Source of the DNA: an uncultured Gammaproteobacteria bacterium
GTDB lineage: Bacteria; Patescibacteriota; Patescibacteriia; UBA9934; GWF2-40-263
DNA: 39,061 bases
Assembly: GCA_964355525.1 (NCBI GenBank)
Contig: CAYHDY010000005.1
Coordinates: forward strand, 1-39,061
Direction of reading: 5' to 3'
Part shown: piece by piece, positions 14,974-23,224 of the stretch
Layout: each line of letters starts with the position of its first letter
Position numbering within the stretch: position 1 is the stretch's first letter
The notes under the pieces: generated by a model
The model's input: only the letters and a program-made list of their open reading frames with translations
Told to the model about the DNA's origin: nothing
Database searches by the model: none
Position numbers and translations under genes: made by a program

Positions 14974-15957
14974 TTACGCCATTCCGATTTTATTTCTCAC
15001 ATCCATCATTTTCTTTTGCGCGATGATTCGTGCGTTGTGCGCTCCTTGTTCGAGAATGTTTCGAAGAGCCGATTCATCTTCGAGCAATGTTTGAATTTTC
15101 GTTTGAATCGGCACGAGAAATTTCGAAATATGTCCGGCAAGGGCAATCTTAAAATCACCGTAGCCTTTACTTGCGAATTCCTTTTCAATTTCTTTGATTG
15201 TTTTTTTTGTGACCAGCGAATAAATCGTCATCAAGTTTGCAACAGCCTTTCGCGATTCATCGAAAAGAATCGTTCCTTCCGAATCCGTGACGGCACTTTT
15301 GATTTTTTTCAGAACCGTCGCTTCGTCGTCCATGAGCGAAATGTAATTTTTGTCGCTTGGTGCAGACTTTGACATTTTCTTTTCCGGATCGTCGAGTCCC
15401 ATGATGCGCGCGCCTTGTTTTCGAATGACGGGTTTTGGAATAACGAAGGTTTGTCCAAATCGTTTGTTGAATTTTTCTGCGAGATCGCGCGCGAGTTCGA
15501 CATGTTGCTTTTGATCTTCACCAACGGGAACGATCTCTGTGTCGTACAGCAAAATGTCCGCTGCCATGAGTACAGGATAATCGAAAAGTCCGACCGAAAC
15601 CGATTCACCTTTGACACGCGCTTTATCTTTATACTGTGTCATGCGCTCCACTTCACCCATCGACGCGACGCAATTCAATACCCACGCAAGCTCCGTGTGT
15701 TCCTGCACGTTTGATTGTCGAAATAACGTCGTCTTTTTTGGATCCACACCGGCAGCAAGATATGCCGCGACGGCAAAGACAATGTTTTGGTGAAGTTCTG
15801 CCGGATCTTGCGGAACGGTAATCGAATGATAATCCGCCACAAACAAAAAATTCGCATCGCCTGACGCCTGTTGTTCCAAAAACGGTTCGATCGCCCCGAA
15901 ATAATTTCCGATATGCAAAATGTTCGTCGGTTTGAGTGCGGTAAGAGTGCGGGACAT
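14974..15957 (-). CDS. trpS: Tryptophan--tRNA ligase
   Basis: HIGN and KMSKS motifs, YPVLMAADIL, VPVGEDQKQH. Start MSRTLTALKP. Confidence 0.97.
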   Translation of the reverse strand: MSRTLTALKPTNILHIGNYFGAIEPFLEQQASGDANFLFVADYHSITVPQDPAELHQNIVFAVAAYLAAGVDPKKTTLFRQSNVQEHTELAWVLNCVASMGEVERMTQYKDKARVKGESVSVGLFDYPVLMAADILLYDTEIVPVGEDQKQHVELARDLAEKFNKRFGQTFVIPKPVIRKQGARIMGLDDPEKKMSKSAPSDKNYISLMDDEATVLKKIKSAVTDSEGTILFDESRKAVANLMTIYSLVTKKTIKEIEKEFASKGYGDFKIALAGHISKFLVPIQTKIQTLLEDESALRNILEQGAHNARIIAQKKMMDVRNKIGMA

Positions 15958-15972
15958 AAATAAATATAATTC

Positions 15973-15998
15973 GTAGGGGCGTGGTCTTGTGCCCGCCC
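15973..15998. repeat. GTAG-family REP palindrome
   Basis: gtaggggcgtggtcttgtgcccgccc. Confidence 0.8.
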
Positions 15999-16053
15999 TC
16001 AATTCGAAATCATTGTAACAGGCACTGTAAATGGCGCAAAGGGTTCGGAAATT

Positions 16054-16080
16054 AAAAAACGCAATCGAGGAGCGATTGCG
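16054..16080 (-). terminator. Intrinsic terminator
   Basis: cgcaatcg/cgattgcg stem with a U6 tract immediately after the stop. Confidence 0.75.
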
Positions 16081-17520
16081 TCAGGTGGGTCGTCGGGCCG
16101 GAAGGTGCGAGACGTTGCTGTTGCGCTGGCGAGGTTCCCAGTTCCAGAGTTCTTTCGCTTGCGCCGCATCCTTGCAGAGCCAAGGCTTTTTCTCGTAGTG
16201 CAGATCTCCGTGACCGTTCTTGGCGAGGAATTCATCGAGAAGCTCGACTCCTTCATCACCCTTCTTGGCCGCAGCGATGTACATGGCGGTGACCGGGCCG
16301 TCGACGTGTGTGTTCCAGAGTTTGCGCAACATCGCGTTCAGGTCATCGAGCGATTCGACACCTTGCTCGAGATCCGTATCCACGGCTTTGCGCCAGGTGG
16401 AAATGGCTTCCATCGCTGGCGTTGCCTTGATACCGATTTCATCGAGCGCCGCGACACGTGCCGCCTTGATCGCGTCTTGCAGATCTTTCATGTAGTACTC
16501 GGCAAGGTCGCGCGTTGCGAGATTCCGGGCGAAGAACGGCCCAAGTTCGAGGATGAACACGAGAGCGAAGCATCCGAGGAGGCCCCACCACACGGAAGAT
16601 CCTTTCGTCTTGGGAAGTTCGCTGTACAGCGTCCCGATCTGATCGATCATGCCGGTCTTGATCACGACGCCGTACTTGCTTTCGACCTCGGCGTTCGAGA
16701 GCGTTTGCAGATTTTTCTCTTCTTGTGCCTTTTTCACACGCAGGGTGGTGACTGTGTCTTGCGGACCTTTGCGTTTTCCGATGATTTTCGCATCGAACGC
16801 ATCGGTCTCTTCTTTCTGCTTCGTTCGCAAGGTTCCGATTGCATCGTGTTGCGCCCCCGCGTCTTTTCGGAGGATCTTCACTTTCGATGCGGCGTCGAGG
16901 GCGATCGAGGTGCGTTCCGTCTTGCGTCTTACAGCATCTACGGCCGCCTTCTCGAGTTCGAGTGCCTGATCCATTTCTTTTTTCTGTGCCTCGGCCATGT
17001 TCGTGCGATCCGTGTCGATCTGCTTGTTCACGGTCACGACGTTGTCTTCCGCGGATTTGATCTGGGGATTCCAGACCGCGTTGATCTTGTCGTGTGCCAC
17101 CGTGACAATCGTTGCACGTTGCAGGTCTGTGATGTCACCGTGAAAGAAGTCGAGTTGCCACGCGAGCGATGTGAACAGGGTCAGAACGAACGAGATTCCG
17201 ATGCGGCCGTAGTTCACCCATGAACTGGTGCGCTTTTCGTTCTTCACGAAGTTCAGGATGTCCATCACGAGGATGAACGCCGGCAGAACGATCGCAAGAG
17301 CGATGGCGAATCCGAGCGAGAAGGCGATCAGGCCGAACTTGAACCAGACGAACGAGATGAACCCGCTGAACACGAGCGCAAGAGGTGCCCAGATGTTCAT
17401 GACGGTTCGCACCGTCTTCTCCTTGGGGATTCCGTATGGCTGCAGTTGCATGAGCTCCCGCAGCCAGTTCATCCCGTCTTTTCCCTTGTTTTTCTTGTCT
17501 TTTTCTTGCGGCATCGTCAT
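16081..17520 (-). CDS. Membrane protein with long coiled coil (DUF4407-like architecture)
   Basis: Three N-terminal TMs, a coiled-coil region and a fourth TM ending FILELGPFFAR; GGGAGGTG SD; GC3-rich. Confidence 0.7.
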   Translation of the reverse strand: MTMPQEKDKKNKGKDGMNWLRELMQLQPYGIPKEKTVRTVMNIWAPLALVFSGFISFVWFKFGLIAFSLGFAIALAIVLPAFILVMDILNFVKNEKRTSSWVNYGRIGISFVLTLFTSLAWQLDFFHGDITDLQRATIVTVAHDKINAVWNPQIKSAEDNVVTVNKQIDTDRTNMAEAQKKEMDQALELEKAAVDAVRRKTERTSIALDAASKVKILRKDAGAQHDAIGTLRTKQKEETDAFDAKIIGKRKGPQDTVTTLRVKKAQEEKNLQTLSNAEVESKYGVVIKTGMIDQIGTLYSELPKTKGSSVWWGLLGCFALVFILELGPFFARNLATRDLAEYYMKDLQDAIKAARVAALDEIGIKATPAMEAISTWRKAVDTDLEQGVESLDDLNAMLRKLWNTHVDGPVTAMYIAAAKKGDEGVELLDEFLAKNGHGDLHYEKKPWLCKDAAQAKELWNWEPRQRNSNVSHLPARRPT

Positions 17521-17587
17521 TCACCTCCCTTTGAAACTGAAGCAAAATTGCTTTGTTTACGGCAAACGGTATGCGCGTAGACCGATG

Positions 17588-17616
17588 ACTGTACACGAAA
17601 ATGACGATTTTGTCAA
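17588..17616 (-). promoter_or_regulatory. Sigma70 promoter of the 16081-17520 gene
   Basis: TTGACA, 17 bp, TACAGT. Confidence 0.7.
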
Positions 17617-17653
17617 CCAAAAAACCCGTTTCCTCGAAACGGGCCATTTGTTC

Positions 17654-17681
17654 GTACTGGACGGTCGCGACCGTCCACTAC
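17654..17681. repeat. GTAG-family REP overlapping the rnj stop codon
   Basis: tggacggtcgcgaccgtcca palindrome flanked by gtac/ctac; siblings at 21903 and 30576. Confidence 0.8.
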
Positions 17682-19507
17682 ACCTCGATAATCACTGGCA
17701 AGATCATCGGGCGGCGTTCGGTTTTTTTGAAGAGGAATTTTCCGACTTCATCGCGAATCTGATCACGGATGTATTTTGAATCCGCTTCCGATTGCGCGTC
17801 TCCGACCTTTGCGCCGACCTTTCCTTGTTCCATAATCTTTTTAACTTCTTTGCGTGTGCCTTCAATGAGTTCAATGTGATCCTTCATGAAGATGAATCCG
17901 CGGCTCACGATATCTGGATTACCGACGAGTTTGCCTGAGCGTTTTTCAATCTGCACAATGACGACGACCATTCCGTCTTCCGCAAGCGCGATGCGATCTC
18001 GTAACACGACCTGTGAGACATCGCCCACACCGAGTCCGTCGACGAATACGTAGTCGCTTGGAACTTTTTCTTGCGTGAGTCGTCCGCCGTCTTTCCAAAA
18101 TTCCATGACCTGTCCGTTGTCGACGATGAAAATATTATCTTCATGCCATCCCATCGATTGCGCAACCATTCCGTTCTCGCGAAGGAGAAAATGATTTCCT
18201 TCAATCGGAACATAGTATTTTGGTTTGAACAGAGCAAGCATGAGTTTGATGTCTTCTTTTTTGGCGTGACCTCCGGCGTGCACATCCATCATTTTGTAGT
18301 TGATGACCTTGCATCCTTTGCGGTAAAGCGTGTCCATGAGACGTTGCACCGAGTTTTCATTTCCCGGAATGACGGAACTTGAGAAGATGATTGTATCGGA
18401 CTTTCGCACGCGAATGACGCGGTGTTCATTGTTTGCGATACGATTGAGTGCGGCGTTCTTTTCTCCTTGCGCTCCCGTACAAATCAAAACGAGTTTGTCG
18501 TCCGCGTAGCTGTCCATTTGTTCCGGTTTGATCAAAGTTGAAAGTTGGCACTTGATGAATCCGAGTTCCTTTGCGATTTCAATGTTGGTACGCATGGAGT
18601 ATCCATCGATCGCAACTTTCTTTCCGAGCGACTCCGAGATTTCGATAATCTGTTTGACGCGAGCGAGAAGGGAAGCGAATGTTCCGATGATGACGCGGCC
18701 CGGTGCTTTTTCAATCACGGCGCGCAATTCATCTTCGATTACTTTTTCTGAGACTTGGTGACCTGGAACGTTTGCGTTTGTGGAATCTCCCATGAGAACA
18801 AGCACGCCTTTTTTTCCGATTCCGGCGATCTGTTGAAAGTCTGCGTGTACGGTTCCTGCGGGATGGAAATCAAATTTCCAATCGCCTGTGTGACAAACCG
18901 TTCCAACGGGAGTCTCAACGACGATTCCGACGGAATCTGGAATGTTGTGGTTGATGTGGAAGAAGGAGACTGTGAAAGCTCCGAGTTTCAAGATGTCCGT
19001 GTTCTTTGTGACTTTGAGGTTAAGTGGACGCGTGTGAAAATCTTCCTGGCGACGTTTGATGATCCCGGCAGACATAGGTAACGCGTAAATGGTTGGGTTG
19101 CCGATGTTTGGGACGACATGAGGAATGGCACCGATGTGGTCATAGTGACCGTGTGTGATGATGACACCGCGCACGTTTTTCTCTTTGCCTTTCAAATACG
19201 ACATGTTCGGGATGATGTAATCGATTCCTGGCATGTTCTCTTCCGGAAACTGAAGACCCAAGTCGATAATGATAATGTCATTTTTGTATTCGATGAGCGT
19301 GCAGTTACGTCCGACTTCTTCACATCCACCGAGAACCATAATACGCAACTTATCTCCATTTGGCGCAGAAACGGTTTTAACGATGGGAGTAATAGAAGAT
19401 TGATGGACAGTGACAGGACGTTTTGCATGAAAGACACGGCCGCGAAATTTGTTTCCTCCGCCGCCAGCTGGTCGAGGAGGTTGTGGTTTTTGTTGTGGTT
19501 GAACCAT
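17678..19507 (-). CDS. rnj: Ribonuclease J
   Basis: LGGCEEVGRN, THGHYDHIGA, HTGDWKFD, CTGAQGE, VHAGGHA, RRPMILPVIIEV. Confidence 0.97.
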   Translation of the reverse strand: MVQPQQKPQPPRPAGGGGNKFRGRVFHAKRPVTVHQSSITPIVKTVSAPNGDKLRIMVLGGCEEVGRNCTLIEYKNDIIIIDLGLQFPEENMPGIDYIIPNMSYLKGKEKNVRGVIITHGHYDHIGAIPHVVPNIGNPTIYALPMSAGIIKRRQEDFHTRPLNLKVTKNTDILKLGAFTVSFFHINHNIPDSVGIVVETPVGTVCHTGDWKFDFHPAGTVHADFQQIAGIGKKGVLVLMGDSTNANVPGHQVSEKVIEDELRAVIEKAPGRVIIGTFASLLARVKQIIEISESLGKKVAIDGYSMRTNIEIAKELGFIKCQLSTLIKPEQMDSYADDKLVLICTGAQGEKNAALNRIANNEHRVIRVRKSDTIIFSSSVIPGNENSVQRLMDTLYRKGCKVINYKMMDVHAGGHAKKEDIKLMLALFKPKYYVPIEGNHFLLRENGMVAQSMGWHEDNIFIVDNGQVMEFWKDGGRLTQEKVPSDYVFVDGLGVGDVSQVVLRDRIALAEDGMVVVIVQIEKRSGKLVGNPDIVSRGFIFMKDHIELIEGTRKEVKKIMEQGKVGAKVGDAQSEADSKYIRDQIRDEVGKFLFKKTERRPMILPVIIEV

Positions 19508-19678
19508 ATATGAAATAGTAAGTGAAGTCGTTGAGTCGTTAAGTTGTTGAGTCTAGGAGAACACGTGTTTATTTTTTTTGAATAGAAAATAAATTTCCTT
19601 GACTGAACGACTTACAGACTCAACGACTCTTTTTTTTGTTTTCGAATAAATAAAATGATCGAGAAATAAAAACAAAAC

Positions 19679-19708
19679 TCCGCCAAAGGCGGATCCGCCT
19701 CTGGCGGA
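19679..19708. repeat. Tandem TCCGCC-nnn-GGCGGA palindrome
   Basis: tccgccaaaggcggatccgcctctggcgga; the family also occurs at 26701, about 37470, 3016 and about 22278. Confidence 0.8.
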
Positions 19709-19875
19709 AAACACAATCTCGATCAAAAAACTTCAATTGTGAAAGAACAGCTTCTCTCTACACGTCAAAGACCGAACACGTAATCTTTTTGAGATGTTTG
19801 GTTGAACACCCGGAAAAGATTGCGTGACGTCTTCATTGTATCGCGATTCATCGACGCAGGTCGAATCGGATTGTT

Positions 19876-19961
19876 TGGTGCGGATGAGAGGACTTGAACC
19901 TCCAAGGGCTTGCGCCCACAGGCTTCTGAGACCTGCGCGTATACCATTCCGCCACATCCGC
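19876..19961 (-). tRNA. tRNA-Leu (CAG)
   Basis: Canonical cloverleaf with long variable arm, caggt-ctCAGaa-gcctg, CCA encoded. Confidence 0.97.
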
Positions 19962-20027
19962 GGGTGGGTAGCAAGTAGCATGGATCGTTTTCTTTCCAGC
20001 TACCTGCTACTTGCTGCCGGCTCCTTT

Positions 20028-21830
20028 TTATTTTAATGCTTTCTTTGTTTTGATATACCAATCCGTGATGTTCGCGAATCGATCTGAAGGGACGCGTAAT
20101 GAATTTGGGGTGTTGAAGTGAACCTTTTTTCCGATGGCGTAGGAGTAACTTGATTGATAGAGGAATACGGCTGGGACATCTTTTACCAAAAGATCCTGGA
20201 ATTGTCGATAGATGGTTGCACGATCTGCGTCATTTGAAGCGGCTCGTGCCTTTTCGAGCAATGTGTCTACGTCTTTGTTTTGATAATGACTGATGTTTAA
20301 TCCGTTTGTTGTTATTTGGGAAGAATGCCAGAATGCATAGGGATCTGTGTCGACTCCCGCATAGTCTGCTGCGAGTAACAGATCGTAGGATTGAGAATTT
20401 ACGACATCGGACATCAGATGGTCTGCGTCTACCGTTTTGATTGTGATGCTGATGCCGATTTTCTCTAATTCATTTTTGATTTCCGTTGCCACACGAGAAA
20501 ATTCCTCACTCGAAACAGTCACCAGAGTAAACGAGAGGTCTGAAGGTGTTTGAATGGGGGTAGGAGTTTCCGGTTCCTTCTTCTTATTTTTATTTGTTTT
20601 GGTAGGTGTTTCGATTTTTTTTGAAGGAATTTTTCTCCACACAGATCCTTCCGGTTTGAGATACCCAGCTGTATCCAGTGTTGTCATTGCAGAGACGGGA
20701 TCAAAATGATTCGATGCAAAAGATGCATCATAGCCTGTCGATTCATTCATGAGAGGTCCGTTCAATACGATCGCGTGTGTATCGAGAATTGTTTTGACGA
20801 TCGATTCTTTATCGATGGCTTTTGAAATCGCAAGTCGAATGGCGGGATTTTTCAGAATGGAATTTTGTGTGTTGAAGAAAAGATTTGTTGAGCGCGGAAT
20901 CGATGCGAATACTTCGATGACATTATGATTGTTCTCAACCGTTGTGCGATGTTCAAATGCGATATATCCGACCCCTTCCACGTTTTTGTTGATGAGTGCT
21001 TGGGAGGCGGATTCTTCATCCGGATAAAATTTGAAAATCAATTGGTCAATTTTTGCGGATTGATTGTAATAATGATTATTCCGTTTGAGCGTGTAAGAAC
21101 GGATTGAGCCTTTTTTGTCTTTACTGAATTCTTGAAAGACGTACGGACCGCTTCCGATTGGCTGAAGGTTCAAAGAAGCAAGCGGTGCGTTTTGTGCAAG
21201 AATATCTGACCAAAGATTGTTTGGAAGAATACCGATGGTGAGATGTTGTGGAAACGTAGATGAAGCTGTTGGAAGTGTAAAGGAAACGGTTTGATCGTCC
21301 ACCTGTTCGACTTTTACGTTTTTGAAAGAAGCGATAAGTGGACTACGATAAATTGGATTTTGAATGGCAGTATAGGTGAACACGACATCACGCGCTTGAA
21401 CGGGTTCACCGTTTGAAAACGTTGCGTTGGTGCGAAGATGAAACGTGTATTGCGTTTGATCTGCATTGACTTGCATGGAATCTGCAAGATCATTGACATA
21501 GCCTTCTTTTGGTTGCCATTTGAGCAATCCTGAATAAAGAAGGGAAGAGAGGTCCGCGTCTACGTCATTTGTCGAAGCATAAAGTGGATTTACGAATCTT
21601 GGGCTTCCAATAAGTGCCTCTGTGTAGGTTCCACCCGTAGCCGGAATTTCAATGCGATGCATGAATGCGTAAACACCAGCAAGAAACAAACTTGGTAAAA
21701 TGATCAGAGCAAGAGATCCCGCAAACCATTTTTTTTCTCCGACCGTCATGACACTTGGAAGTTGCTCCCACTGTTTCCATGTTGGAAACGAACGCGGTTT
21801 TGTGACAGAAAGAACCTGGCGAAGCGCCAA
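20028..21830 (-). CDS. Peptide ABC transporter substrate-binding protein (family 5)
   Basis: GGTYTEALIGSPRFVNP, FSNGEPVQARDVVFT, PIGSGPY. Confidence 0.92.
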   Translation of the reverse strand: MALRQVLSVTKPRSFPTWKQWEQLPSVMTVGEKKWFAGSLALIILPSLFLAGVYAFMHRIEIPATGGTYTEALIGSPRFVNPLYASTNDVDADLSSLLYSGLLKWQPKEGYVNDLADSMQVNADQTQYTFHLRTNATFSNGEPVQARDVVFTYTAIQNPIYRSPLIASFKNVKVEQVDDQTVSFTLPTASSTFPQHLTIGILPNNLWSDILAQNAPLASLNLQPIGSGPYVFQEFSKDKKGSIRSYTLKRNNHYYNQSAKIDQLIFKFYPDEESASQALINKNVEGVGYIAFEHRTTVENNHNVIEVFASIPRSTNLFFNTQNSILKNPAIRLAISKAIDKESIVKTILDTHAIVLNGPLMNESTGYDASFASNHFDPVSAMTTLDTAGYLKPEGSVWRKIPSKKIETPTKTNKNKKKEPETPTPIQTPSDLSFTLVTVSSEEFSRVATEIKNELEKIGISITIKTVDADHLMSDVVNSQSYDLLLAADYAGVDTDPYAFWHSSQITTNGLNISHYQNKDVDTLLEKARAASNDADRATIYRQFQDLLVKDVPAVFLYQSSYSYAIGKKVHFNTPNSLRVPSDRFANITDWYIKTKKALK

Positions 21831-21938
21831 GCTTTTTGTTTGATCCGTTCCTTTGTGTTTAAAAAAACGCGTGAATGGCAGATAGTCGCGTAAAATAATT
21901 TCGTAGTGGACGGTCGCAACCGTCCTGTTCGAAAATGA

Positions 21939-22163
21939 TTAAGCAAGAAGAATTCCCGCAAGACTGATACCAAAAAAGAGAATAGCGAATACGATGGTCA
22001 ATTGAAATAATTTTTTTTCTGCGCCGCGTTTTGTGCGGAACACGTTTCCACCTCCGCCGAATGCCGCTCCGATTCCCGCTCCGCGTGCTTGCAATAAAAT
22101 TGCTGCGGTAAGCAATACGGCGAGAACAAGCTGTGCAATTTTTAAAATCAAAGGAATGTTCAT
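21939..22163 (-). CDS. secG: Preprotein translocase subunit SecG
   Basis: ILLQARGAGIGAAFGGG...RTKRGAEK, two TMs. Confidence 0.92.
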   Translation of the reverse strand: MNIPLILKIAQLVLAVLLTAAILLQARGAGIGAAFGGGGNVFRTKRGAEKKLFQLTIVFAILFFGISLAGILLA

Positions 22164-22170
22164 ATTTTGG

Positions 22171-22197
22171 ATAATAGGTGGGGTCCCCAGACCCCGC
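22171..22197. repeat. REP-like palindrome (TAATAGGYGGGGTCCCCAGACCCCGC family)
   Basis: Siblings at 3470, 30611, 33438 and 36645. Confidence 0.8.
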
Positions 22198-22254
22198 GCG
22201 TATTCGAATAACGAATAATCAATGACGAAACGATATCAAAATCAACCGAATACG

Positions 22255-22428
22255 TCAACCTACACGAGCGGATTTCCCGGCGGAGCCGGGTCCGGCTCCG
22301 CCGGATCTCGGCGCGCCAAATCGTTTCATGCCTTTTCCTGAGACGATCATTTTCGGATTCATTTTTTTGTGACGACGTTTTGCTCGCGCTTCTTCTTTCG
22401 ATTGTGCAATCTCGTGTGGATGATTCAT
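22255..22428 (-). CDS. Possible small basic protein
   Basis: MNHPHEIAQSKEEARAKRRHKKMNPKMIVSGKGMKRF; the tail is encoded by a palindromic repeat. Confidence 0.4.
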   Translation of the reverse strand: MNHPHEIAQSKEEARAKRRHKKMNPKMIVSGKGMKRFGAPRSGGAGPGSAGKSARVG

Positions 22429-22483
22429 ATCATGTGTTGCATGGAAACATGATATACTTTTTTGAAAGAAATCGTAAATCATT

Positions 22484-23218
22484 ATGTCCGACGAACAAGA
22501 ACATCGCGCGCGCAGTTGGGTTGCGACCATCGTCACTCTTCTGTTTGTGTTTGTTCTCGGGATGTTTGTGTGGCGCATTATTTTTTATACGCAGCAACTC
22601 CGTTCTGGGGGAGTGAATCTGACAGATCTGAATTTTGATAAAACCGTTTCAACCATTTCGAAGTTCGCGTCGAAGCCGATCAAAGATCAAGTCGTTGATG
22701 TGACAACCAAAGATGACCCATCTCTCGGTCGAGAGGGTGCTCTTGTTACGATTGTTGAATTCGCGGATTTTGGTTGTCCGTATTCTCGAGAAGCAAGTTT
22801 TACGTTACGTACGCTCGCGGCGCAGTATCCGGACAAGGTTCGATTTATCTATCGCGATTTTCCGATTATCGAACTTCATCCTCTCGCAGAAAAAGCTGCG
22901 GAGGCAGGGGAATGTGCGCATGAACAAGGAAAGTTTTGGGAATATCATGACAAGTTGTATCAGAATCAGGATTCACTCGATGATGCTTCATTCGATTTGT
23001 TTGCAACGTCATTGAATTTAGATGTTCCAAAATTTCATCAATGTCTTACAAGCGGAAAATATGCATCCGAGGTCGCACAGGATATTGAAGACGGATTAAA
23101 TGCAGACGTCCGAGGAACACCAACGTTTTTTATCAACGGCAATCTTATTGCCGGATCCGTTCCGAAAGATATTCTTGAGAAAGTTATTTTGACGGTAAAC
23201 GATCAGACAAAGAAATAA
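22484..23218 (+). CDS. DsbA/thioredoxin-fold protein (CxxS variant)
   Basis: VTIVEFADFGCPYS, YRDFP, QGKFWEYHDKL, VRGTPTFFING. Confidence 0.92.
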   Translation: MSDEQEHRARSWVATIVTLLFVFVLGMFVWRIIFYTQQLRSGGVNLTDLNFDKTVSTISKFASKPIKDQVVDVTTKDDPSLGREGALVTIVEFADFGCPYSREASFTLRTLAAQYPDKVRFIYRDFPIIELHPLAEKAAEAGECAHEQGKFWEYHDKLYQNQDSLDDASFDLFATSLNLDVPKFHQCLTSGKYASEVAQDIEDGLNADVRGTPTFFINGNLIAGSVPKDILEKVILTVNDQTKK

Positions 23219-23224
23219 TGTTTT

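Noticed and set aside
16105-17223. 372-aa plus-strand ORF
   Set aside because: Antisense shadow of the 479-aa gene.
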